Shown here piece by piece: positions 6,738-14,149 of a DNA stretch of 20,000 nucleotides. Origin of the DNA: an uncultured virus (IMG/VR IMGVR_UViG_3300025021_000095) (lineage: Duplodnaviria > Heunggongvirae > Uroviricota > Caudoviricetes); the IMG/VR virus record IMGVR_UViG_3300025021_000095, one strand, 5' to 3'. The stretch's first letter is position 1. Every line of letters begins with the position of its first letter. The position numbers and the translations under genes are program-made. Below the pieces are notes generated by a model, which did not search any database, was not told where the DNA came from, and saw nothing but the letters and a program-made list of their open reading frames with translations.

Positions 6738-7034
6738 GCGCCCGGACCTCCACGCTCGACGCCCTGACGCCCGAGGACGCGGCCGGGATGCTCCACGAGC
6801 GGGGCGTCGGCCTCCTCGTCGCCTCGACGGACGAGGGTCTGTCCCGCGTCCTCGCCGACATCCTGATCGAGCGCCGCATCCGCCTCGCGCGAGCGCCGCA
6901 TCCGCCTCGCGCGAGCGCCGCACGATTTCGACGCCGTGCGCGCCGAGCACGCCCGCCTGCTCCACGCCGACGAGGCCGCCGGCCGGTCGCGCGAGTGCGC
7001 CCGCTACCACCCCGATTCCGCCCGGAGGCCCTGA
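6734..7034 (+). pseudogene. Phage hypothetical gene frameshifted by a 22-bp tandem duplication (now reads through into the next gene)
   Basis: Removing one repeat unit gives ...IERRIRLARAPHDFDAVRAEHARLLHADEAAGRSRECARYHPDSARRP* ending at TGA 7032-7034. Confidence 0.7.
6868..6922 (+). repeat. 22-bp tandem repeat (2.5 copies)
   Basis: CGAGCGCCGCATCCGCCTCGCG twice (6868-6889, 6890-6911) plus CGAGCGCCGCA (6912-6922). Confidence 0.95.
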
Positions 7035-7435
7035 TGTCCACCCACCCCCACCAAGTCCTCGTGAAGGGCGACGTCGTCCTCATCCGCGCGGTCGTGGACT
7101 TCGTCTGCGACGACACAGGACGCGTCTATGCCAAGGTCGGCGGCCCTTACGGCGCTTCGGTCTCGGCAGCGTGCGAGCACGTCAGCATGGAGATGTTCTT
7201 CCTGGCGCCCGGCGACGAGGTGCGGGCGATCGAGGCGAGCCCCGAAATGCCGTCCGAGATTTGCCCGTTCGGCATCGTCGCCGCAGTCATCGGCGAACGC
7301 GCGTGGATCGAGTGGCCGCACGGACCGAGCATCGATCGCGTCGAGACCTTGGAGCGCATCCGCACCGCCGCCCAGGTCGCCGCGAACGCGCCCCGGCCCG
7401 GCGAGGAGCCGGTGCTCCCGATGGCGGCGGAATGA
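7034..7435 (+). CDS. Phage hypothetical protein (133 aa, MSTHPHQVLVKGDVVLIRAVV...)
   Basis: Own GGAGG RBS (7024-7028) and ATG 7034. Confidence 0.7.
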   Translation: MSTHPHQVLVKGDVVLIRAVVDFVCDDTGRVYAKVGGPYGASVSAACEHVSMEMFFLAPGDEVRAIEASPEMPSEICPFGIVAAVIGERAWIEWPHGPSIDRVETLERIRTAAQVAANAPRPGEEPVLPMAAE

Positions 7436-8376
7436 GCGCCATGCGGATCGAGCGCATCCCCTTCACGACGCGCGAAGCGTGGCTCGCCGCCCGGGCGCAG
7501 GACGTGACCGCCTCGACGGTCGCAGCTCTGGTCGGCGCACACCCCTACGTGTCCGCCTACGAGGTCTGGGCGCTGAAGACCGGGCGCATCGGCGAAATTG
7601 CCGAGGAGACGGGTGCGATGCGTCGCGGTCGCCTGCTGGAGCCGGTCGCCGTCGAGCTGCTGCGCGAGCAGCGGCCCGACTGGAAGGTCGAGCCGAACCG
7701 GGACTACTTCCGTGACCCCGCCATCCGGCTCGGCGCGACGCCGGACACTCTCGTGACCTGCCCGGTGTTCGGGCTCGGCACCGTGCAGATCAAGAGCGTC
7801 GAGCGCTCCGTGTTCGCCCGCGGCTGGCGCGAGGCGGACACGGGCGAGATCGAGCTTCCTGTCGGCTACGCGCTGCAGGTCATCACCGAAGCTCATCTCG
7901 TCGGCGCGAAGTGGGCCGCCGTTGGCGCCCTCGTCGTCAGCCACGACATCGCGCTCGAGATTATTGAGGTGCCGATCCACGCTGGCGTCATCGAGACCCT
8001 GCGCCGGGCCGTCGGGGAGTTCTGGGCTACGGTCGAAGGCGGTCGAGTGCCCGAGCCGGACTGGATGCGCGACGTCGCGCTTGCGGCCCGCCTACACGGC
8101 GATACCGGGCAGACTGTCGACCTGTCGGCTGACAACGCGCTGCCTTCGCTCCTCGATGAGCGGGCCGAGACGAAGGCGCGCATCAAGGCCGATGAGGCAC
8201 GCTGCTCCGAGATCGATGCCGAGATCCGAACGAAGGTCGGCTTCGCCGCCGGGGCGTCCCTGCCTGGCTGGAAGATCAGCCTGAAGACGCAAGAGGCGAA
8301 GGCCTACCAAGTCGCCGCGCGCACGACCCGGCCGATCCGCGTCACCCGCATCCAGCAGAGGGAATCCGCAGCATGA
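7432..8376 (+). CDS. YqaJ/lambda-exonuclease family 5'-3' exonuclease
   Basis: EAWLAARAQDVTAS, PYVSAYEVWALKTG, GRLLEP, LGATPD...QIKS, Y.LQV; adjacent to recT. Confidence 0.9.
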   Translation: MSAMRIERIPFTTREAWLAARAQDVTASTVAALVGAHPYVSAYEVWALKTGRIGEIAEETGAMRRGRLLEPVAVELLREQRPDWKVEPNRDYFRDPAIRLGATPDTLVTCPVFGLGTVQIKSVERSVFARGWREADTGEIELPVGYALQVITEAHLVGAKWAAVGALVVSHDIALEIIEVPIHAGVIETLRRAVGEFWATVEGGRVPEPDWMRDVALAARLHGDTGQTVDLSADNALPSLLDERAETKARIKADEARCSEIDAEIRTKVGFAAGASLPGWKISLKTQEAKAYQVAARTTRPIRVTRIQQRESAA

Positions 8377-9413
8377 ACGCTGTCGCCGAGCGCACCGCGA
8401 ACCCCATCGTCGTTCTCAACGACCAGATCGGCAACCGCGAGGAGCAGTTCAAGGCCGCGCTTCCAGCCCACATTCCCGTCGAGCGGTTCAAGCGCGTGCT
8501 GCTGACCGCCGTGCAGAACAATCCCGGGTTGATGAAGCTGGATCGTCAGTCCTTCTTCAACTCGGCGATGCGGGCCGCGCAGGATGGCCTCCTCCCGGAC
8601 GGGCGCGAGGGTGCGATCGTCGAGTTCAGCGGCAAGGCGCAGTGGATGCCGATGATCGGCGGCCTGCGGAAGAAGGTTCGCAACTCGGGCGAGATCGCCA
8701 CCTGGGAGGCCCACGTCGTCTACGAGAACGACGAGTTCCTCTACGAGCTCGGTGACGAGCCGATCCTTCGCCACAAGCCGACGATGGGCGAGCGCGGCAA
8801 GCCGATCGCTGCCTACTCCGTCGCCGTGCTGAAGTCGGGAGAGCGCTCCCGCGAGGTCATGAGCTTCGCCGAGATCGAAAGGGTTCGCGCTGTCAGCCGC
8901 GCCAAAGGGAACGGCCCCTGGGTGCAGTGGTGGGGCGAGATGGCCCGCAAGACAGTGGCGCGTCGGCACTCCAAGGTGCTGCCGATGTCCACCGATCTCG
9001 ACGACCTGATGCGTCGGGATGACGATCTCTACGACTTCAAGGGCGCGCAGGAAGATGGCGCCGTCGCCCCGCGGCCGAAGCTTCACGCTGTGCTTGATCG
9101 GATCGGCAGCCCGCCCGCCATCGAGCACGCCCCAGGCGGCGAAGCGCCGGCGACCGATCAGGGGCCCGATACGCCCGCAGATGCGAGTGCTGCAGGCAAC
9201 GAGGTCGCCGACTCCTCAGAGGGTGACGAAGCTGCGACGCCCGCCATCGACGCCGACAGCGCGGACTACAAGCGCGGGTACGAGGACGCGTTGCGGGGCA
9301 CGAAGAAGTGCCTCAAGGCCGAGATCAAGGACGATCCCGCACGGCTTGTGACCTGGGAGGCCGGGCACGCCGCCGGGACCGAGCAGATGGCTCGCGACGA
9401 GGCGGAGGGCTGA
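8373..9413 (+). CDS. recT: RecT family ssDNA-annealing recombinase
   Basis: FKAALPAHIPVERFKRV, AAQDGLLPDGRE, VYENDEF, GPWVQWWGEMARKTVARRHSKVLPMS. Confidence 0.93.
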   Translation: MNAVAERTANPIVVLNDQIGNREEQFKAALPAHIPVERFKRVLLTAVQNNPGLMKLDRQSFFNSAMRAAQDGLLPDGREGAIVEFSGKAQWMPMIGGLRKKVRNSGEIATWEAHVVYENDEFLYELGDEPILRHKPTMGERGKPIAAYSVAVLKSGERSREVMSFAEIERVRAVSRAKGNGPWVQWWGEMARKTVARRHSKVLPMSTDLDDLMRRDDDLYDFKGAQEDGAVAPRPKLHAVLDRIGSPPAIEHAPGGEAPATDQGPDTPADASAAGNEVADSSEGDEAATPAIDADSADYKRGYEDALRGTKKCLKAEIKDDPARLVTWEAGHAAGTEQMARDEAEG

Positions 9414-9416
9414 GCC

Positions 9417-10127
9417 GTGCACATCCGCGTCGTCGACCTCGAGACCACGGGCTTCGAGCCCCCGGCCGCCGTCTGCGAGATCGGCTGGTCCGATCTCGTT
9501 CGCGAGGACGCTGGATGGCGGGTGCTCAATCCGCTGTCGTCCCTCGTGAACCCCGGCCATCCGATTCCGCCCGAGACGTCGGCGGTCCATCACATCGTAG
9601 ATGCGGACGTGGCCGGCGCGGAGGCGTGGGACGACTTCGCCCACACCATCCTCGACCCGCGGCGGCATGATCGGGGCGACGAGCCGCCGATCGCCTTCGC
9701 TGCCCACAACGCGAAGTTCGAGCAGCAGTGGTGCGCGGCGCTGACCGGCGGCACTCCCTGGATCTGCACCTATCGCTGCGCCCTGCGGGTCTGGCCGGAC
9801 GCGCCGAACCACCAGAACAACACCCTGCGCTACTGGCTGAAGCTGCCGGCCGACCGACGCCGGGCCGAGCCAACCCATCGCGCTGGGCCGGACGCCTACG
9901 TCACCGCCTACCTGCTGAAGGCGCTCCTCAACAGCGCATCGGTTGAGCAACTCATCCATTGGTCGGCCGAGCCCGCGCTCCTCGCGCGTTGCACCTTCGG
10001 CAAGCACCGGAACACGCTCTGGCGGGACGTGCCGAGCGATTATCTGCGCTGGGCCGCGGGCCAGCAGATGGACGAGGACGTGGCGCACACGGTGCGGCAC
10101 GAGCTCAAGCGGCGGGAGCAGCGCTGA
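9417..10127 (+). CDS. DEDDh 3'-5' exonuclease, ExoX-like, with DUF3820-like C-terminus
   Basis: DLETTG, AHNAKFE, HRAGPDA; FGKHRNTLWRDVPSDYLRW. Confidence 0.9.
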   Translation: MHIRVVDLETTGFEPPAAVCEIGWSDLVREDAGWRVLNPLSSLVNPGHPIPPETSAVHHIVDADVAGAEAWDDFAHTILDPRRHDRGDEPPIAFAAHNAKFEQQWCAALTGGTPWICTYRCALRVWPDAPNHQNNTLRYWLKLPADRRRAEPTHRAGPDAYVTAYLLKALLNSASVEQLIHWSAEPALLARCTFGKHRNTLWRDVPSDYLRWAAGQQMDEDVAHTVRHELKRREQR

Positions 10128-10348
10128 TGCCCGCCCCAACCCGCACCCTCATCACGGACGCCCTCCGCAGGTCGAGAGAGGCCCATCGCGCCGGCGCGCT
10201 CGCGCTGGACCTGCCGGCGCCGGCCGAGGCAGCTCGAGCTATCCGTCGGGCCCGCGTCCTCGCCGGCTACGACGCCCTGACAGACGATCAGTGCGACTTC
10301 ATCCTGCGCACCATCGAAGCCCTGCGAGACGGGAGGATCGGCCCGTGA
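10127..10348 (+). CDS. Phage hypothetical protein (73 aa)
   Basis: TGATG overlap; GGGAG RBS. Confidence 0.6.
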   Translation: MPAPTRTLITDALRRSREAHRAGALALDLPAPAEAARAIRRARVLAGYDALTDDQCDFILRTIEALRDGRIGP

Positions 10349-10614
10349 GCTTCTGGCATCACCACGGTGCGATCTTCCTGATCTGCGCAGCGCTTTTCCC
10401 GCGGCTGACCCTTCTCTTCGGGACGGGCCTTCCGGCGATCTTCGGCGTCCTGGGCTGGATCGGCTGGCTCGTCCTGCCCCGGTTCATCATCGCCTACTAC
10501 GCGACCGTGGCCTACGGCAGCACGAATCCGTTTCTTGTGGCCGTCGCCTGGGTGATCGCCGTCGCCTGCCTCCTCGGCAGCGGCGGCGAGACCGCGCGGA
10601 GGGCTTCAGCTTGA
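10345..10614 (+). CDS. Small multi-pass membrane protein (89 aa)
   Basis: GTGA overlap; GGGAGG RBS; about three hydrophobic segments with two PR motifs. Confidence 0.7.
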   Translation: MSFWHHHGAIFLICAALFPRLTLLFGTGLPAIFGVLGWIGWLVLPRFIIAYYATVAYGSTNPFLVAVAWVIAVACLLGSGGETARRASA

Positions 10615-10729
10615 GCACTCTCCCCGCCCCAGCGCGCCCGATCCGTAGCGCCGGCTTCCCCCCTGCCGCTCCTCAGTCCAGCGCGACGAGGAAGCTGTCG
10701 AAGCCTCTTCCCCCGAGGGAGGGCGCGCG

Positions 10730-11467
10730 ATGACGGACCGTCCGATCATCTTCAGCGCGCCGATGGTGCGAGCCCTGTTCGATGGCAGGAAGACGCAGAC
10801 CCGGCGGATCATCCGGGATGAGGTTCCGTCCGCGCCCTCGATGGACGCCCTTGCGCCGGGCGGTACGGCCAGACACCCGGCCCCATACCTCGACGCCTAC
10901 TGCGGACAGCGCAGGACGGCATCCAACCCGCGTGGCATGTCCGACCGGTGGTGCTGGTGGACGCGAGATGACCGGCCCGGTCACACTTTCAAGGTCCCGT
11001 ACGTTCCGGGCGACAGGCTCTGGGTCCGCGAGACGTGGTGCCATACTGGATCGGGCGTGTGGACGGTCGGCGACAGCTACTGCGCCCTTGGCGGCAAGGT
11101 CATCTACCGCGCGGACGATGACGGGAGCGATCCCGGCATCAAGTGGTTCTCGCCCCTCCACCTGTCTCGCAATCGATCCCGCCTGACGCTCCACGTTGCC
11201 GACGTGCGCGTGCAGCGGTTGCAGGAGATCAGCGAGGACGATGCGCAGGCCGAGGGCGTCCAGCAAGAGGAGGATCGCTACTGGCACGACTACCTCTTCC
11301 CCGGAACGCAACTCACGCTCGGCGCCCGGGAGAGCTTTAGCACCCTCTGGAACAGCCTCCACGGCGCGGACGCCTGGGACGCGAACCCCTGGGTCGCCGC
11401 GATCACCTTCACCGTCGAGCGCGCGAACATCGACGCGTCTCGCGGCCCTTCCCGGAGCCAGCCATGA
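10730..11467 (+). CDS. ASCH/PUA-like phage protein
   Basis: RPIIFSAPMVRALFDGRKTQTRR, PGDRLWVRETW, VRVQRLQEISEDDAQAEG, WDANPWV. Confidence 0.8.
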   Translation: MTDRPIIFSAPMVRALFDGRKTQTRRIIRDEVPSAPSMDALAPGGTARHPAPYLDAYCGQRRTASNPRGMSDRWCWWTRDDRPGHTFKVPYVPGDRLWVRETWCHTGSGVWTVGDSYCALGGKVIYRADDDGSDPGIKWFSPLHLSRNRSRLTLHVADVRVQRLQEISEDDAQAEGVQQEEDRYWHDYLFPGTQLTLGARESFSTLWNSLHGADAWDANPWVAAITFTVERANIDASRGPSRSQP

Positions 11468-12174
11468 CCGCCCCCAACCAGGGGCGCGGCCCCAGCCTTG
11501 CGGACCTCAGTGCGAGCCGGCCCGCGTGGCTGACCGAAGAGATCGTTCGGGCTGCATACCGCCACTTCCAGCACGAGGCCGAGTTCCCGTGTTCGCCATC
11601 GGCGATGGGTGAGGCGATCTCCTGCGCGCTGATCGAAGCCCCCACCCCGCCCCAGCCTCCGCTCGGGGAGGCGGAGGTGCGGAGGATCGTGCGGGAGCGG
11701 CACGCGAAACTTGAGGAGGAGCGTGGTCGTCCGCTATGCGCCGCCGACATTCGAGCCGGCAAGCTCGATAACCGTCTCCACATAGCTGACGACTTCGATC
11801 TAGCCCTCGCCGTCGCCGAGCACTTCCGCTCCGCCGCCCTCCCGACCGCATCCACCGGGGGCGGTGGCGGGGGGACGGACGGGTTCGTGCTCGTGCCGCG
11901 CGAGCTGATCGGGGCGGCGTGCTCGGCCATTGATAAGAAGCGCGACGCACCCAAGACGCTCGCAGAACTTCGCCGTTATGCCTCTGGGGACCTCTCTGCC
12001 CCGCCCCCTGCGGCAGAGACGGACGGGTGGAGGGCTGTGCTTCGCGAGGCGCGGCAGTGGGTTGAGGCGAACACCGCGCAGGTTCGCGGGCTGTCGGCTG
12101 AGGCAGCGGCGCCGGGCGAAGCCATGCTCGCCAAGATCGACGCGCTGCTCGCCACCTCCCCAGAGGACCGCTGA
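11464..12174 (+). CDS. Mosaic phage early protein (Ea22/Ead-region type)
   Basis: ATGA overlap; DGFVLVPRE motif; short modules separated by Pro/Gly linkers. Confidence 0.65.
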   Translation: MTAPNQGRGPSLADLSASRPAWLTEEIVRAAYRHFQHEAEFPCSPSAMGEAISCALIEAPTPPQPPLGEAEVRRIVRERHAKLEEERGRPLCAADIRAGKLDNRLHIADDFDLALAVAEHFRSAALPTASTGGGGGGTDGFVLVPRELIGAACSAIDKKRDAPKTLAELRRYASGDLSAPPPAAETDGWRAVLREARQWVEANTAQVRGLSAEAAAPGEAMLAKIDALLATSPEDR

Positions 12175-12175
12175 G

Positions 12176-12538
12176 ATGGCCCCGCACGAGGACGGAGACG
12201 AGATCCGGGAGGCGTTGGCGTCTCTCAGGGACGAAGCTGACCGCGCCGCTGGCATGGGATTGAAGCGAATGCCCGATAGCCTTCGAGGCATCGCGGATCA
12301 GCTCGAAGCCGCCCTCACCGCCGCCCGCGCCGACAACGCCCGCCTCCGGGAGGCGCTGGAGCCGTTCCTCAGGACGTTTGCGGCGATGAAAGTAGCCGGT
12401 CTGACGCCCGGCGACACGTTCGCGGTCCATCCCGAGGCGCCCATCGGCGATGTGCTTGACGGAACGCACCAGCCCCGCGTGGCCGATCTCCTTGCGCTCG
12501 ACTGCGCCGCCCTCCAGCAGGAGCACCCCCATGGATAG
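12176..12538 (+). CDS. Phage coiled-coil hypothetical protein (120 aa)
   Basis: GAGG RBS; ADQLEAALTAARADNARLREALEPF. Confidence 0.65.
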   Translation: MAPHEDGDEIREALASLRDEADRAAGMGLKRMPDSLRGIADQLEAALTAARADNARLREALEPFLRTFAAMKVAGLTPGDTFAVHPEAPIGDVLDGTHQPRVADLLALDCAALQQEHPHG

Positions 12539-12824
12539 GGAGGACGATCTCGACTTTGAGGAGTTCTGCAGCCTGACCGAGGAGCAACGGCAGGCGCAGA
12601 TCGACCGTGAGTGCGCCGCCTACAACGCGGCATGGGCTCGGCTTTCGCTCGGCCAGCAGCAGCGGGTCCTGCGCACTCGCTACGTGAAGGCCGCGGCACG
12701 CGCACGTTCCACGCTTCGGCTGATCGACAACGAAATTACCCGCGACAGCCTGCGCTTCTGGCAGCGCCGCCTTCTCGGACTGCGCATCTGGCGCGCCACT
12801 GGCGTGCGTCCCGTGGAGACCTGA
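12531..12824 (+). CDS. Phage hypothetical protein (97 aa)
   Basis: AGGAG RBS; ATG 12531. Confidence 0.65.
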   Translation: MDREDDLDFEEFCSLTEEQRQAQIDRECAAYNAAWARLSLGQQQRVLRTRYVKAAARARSTLRLIDNEITRDSLRFWQRRLLGLRIWRATGVRPVET

Positions 12825-12827
12825 GCC

Positions 12828-13106
12828 ATGCACATCGGACGCATCACGGGCGCGACCCGCAACCTCGGCGCGCCGCAGGGCTGGGACCCTGACAAGGACG
12901 GCACCTGCGGCGGCCTGCCCATCCGCGACGAGCCGCACAGCCCCGGCGTCAACCGCATGGTCTCGTCGTGGCTCCCGACCCCGGAGGAGATCGCGCTCAT
13001 CCAGGCAGGCGCTCCCATCCATCTGCTGATCGTGGGCTCCGCTCATCCGCCGGTCGCCGTGTCGGTCGGCGTCCCGCCCCGTGACGAGGAGCACCCCCAT
13101 GCCTGA
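12828..13106 (+). CDS. Phage hypothetical protein (92 aa)
   Basis: GGAG RBS; LGAPQGWD...CGGLPIRD...SWLPTPEE...HPPVAV. Confidence 0.75.
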   Translation: MHIGRITGATRNLGAPQGWDPDKDGTCGGLPIRDEPHSPGVNRMVSSWLPTPEEIALIQAGAPIHLLIVGSAHPPVAVSVGVPPRDEEHPHA

Positions 13107-13467
13107 GACCACACGAGGGGAGTTGGCGGTGGCTCTGGAAGAGTGCGGCGGTCGCATCGGAGAGGGTTGGGGCGGCTCGGTCGTGACCGAGCTTGGATGC
13201 CTCGTGAGCAACAACCTCCCCACGATCCCCGCCGCGCTCCGTTCCGACCCCGCAGGCGCAGCGGAGATGCGGGAGCGGTGCGCGCGCTATCACGACAGAT
13301 TGGCCGCGAAGTATCGAGGGGAACTCCAGGATGCAATGAACCCCGGTCGCACCGCCCGAGGTCCTGCACGAGGCGTTGCCTGGGCTCACGCCGACGCTCG
13401 CAATCACGAGAAGTACGCGGCCGATCTCCGCGCTCTCCCGACCCAGGGAGGCGAGCATGGCGAGTGA
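13099..13467 (+). CDS. Phage hypothetical protein (122 aa)
   Basis: GAGGAG RBS; AAEMRERCA...AADLRALP pattern. Confidence 0.65.
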   Translation: MPETTRGELAVALEECGGRIGEGWGGSVVTELGCLVSNNLPTIPAALRSDPAGAAEMRERCARYHDRLAAKYRGELQDAMNPGRTARGPARGVAWAHADARNHEKYAADLRALPTQGGEHGE

Positions 13468-13699
13468 TCCCGGCCTGATCGCCTTCGCCCGCGAACACCT
13501 CGACATGGCTCGCCGGAACGAGGGCCTCTTCGTCGGGCAACTGGACGCCGACGAGTACGCCGCGTTCCAGCGCATGTGCCGCCAAGGGCTGGTGGAGCGC
13601 CGCTATCCCGGCCTAGCCGGCTTCATGGGCCTCGCGACGATCACTCTCACGGATGCCGGCCGCGCCGCCCTCGACGCGCACAGGGAGGAGGGGCGATGA
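13457..13699 (+). CDS. Small winged-helix-like protein (80 aa)
   Basis: GGAGG RBS; RQGLVERR...ITLTDAGRAAL. Confidence 0.65.
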   Translation: MASDPGLIAFAREHLDMARRNEGLFVGQLDADEYAAFQRMCRQGLVERRYPGLAGFMGLATITLTDAGRAALDAHREEGR

Positions 13700-13929
13700 A
13701 GGGGCCGACGAACGGCGCGCGCAGCTTCCTGACGGAACTTGCTCGGCACAAGGGTTTCGTTTCGCGCAAGCACCTGCCGCCGGTCTGCTCGCGCGAGCAA
13801 GAGCGCGCCCGCCGCGAATGCCATCGCAATGGATGGGCGGCGTGGGGGCGTGATCTGCCATGTGACCCTGCCGGCTGGGCGATCACCGATGATGGCCGCG
13901 CCGCCCTCTCCGAGCCCCCCAATGGCTAG
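13696..13929 (+). CDS. Small winged-helix-like protein (77 aa)
   Basis: GGAGGAGG RBS; ATGA overlap; RNGWAA...WAITDDGRAAL. Confidence 0.6.
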   Translation: MKGPTNGARSFLTELARHKGFVSRKHLPPVCSREQERARRECHRNGWAAWGRDLPCDPAGWAITDDGRAALSEPPNG

Positions 13930-14149
13930 GGAGAGAGCCGTGACGGAGAGGGGGGAGATCGGGCGGCTCTACGAGGCGATGGTCTTCGCGGCCTACCTCG
14001 TGGAGCAATACGGAGACGCCTACGCCCCGATCCTGGCTCGAATGGAAGAGGAGTGGAGCGCCGTGCTGAAGGCCGACACGCCGCAGGCGCGCGCCCGACG
14101 CATCCTCAACGCTCATACGGTCGAGGGCGGCCTGAACGCGATCCGCTGA
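13922..14149 (+). CDS. Small helical protein (75 aa) in the excisionase position, convergent with int
   Basis: Last gene of the PL operon; overlaps the int 3' end by 37 bp. Confidence 0.6.
   Translation: MARERAVTERGEIGRLYEAMVFAAYLVEQYGDAYAPILARMEEEWSAVLKADTPQARARRILNAHTVEGGLNAIR

Noticed and set aside
6868..6922. Possible CRISPR-like or iteron repeat
   Set aside because: Contiguous tandem duplication without spacers, inside a coding region; no cas genes in the window
6631..7431. Apparent long N-terminal extension of the YqaJ exonuclease (581-aa ORF)
   Set aside because: Low-complexity off-frame translation of upstream genes; the YqaJ domain starts at ATG 7432/7441
11855..11876. G-rich tract (GGGGGCGGTGGCGGGGGG) as an operator, G-quadruplex or phase-variable tract
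   Set aside because: Encodes an in-frame poly-Gly linker; lacks the CCCCC half-site; the frame is intact
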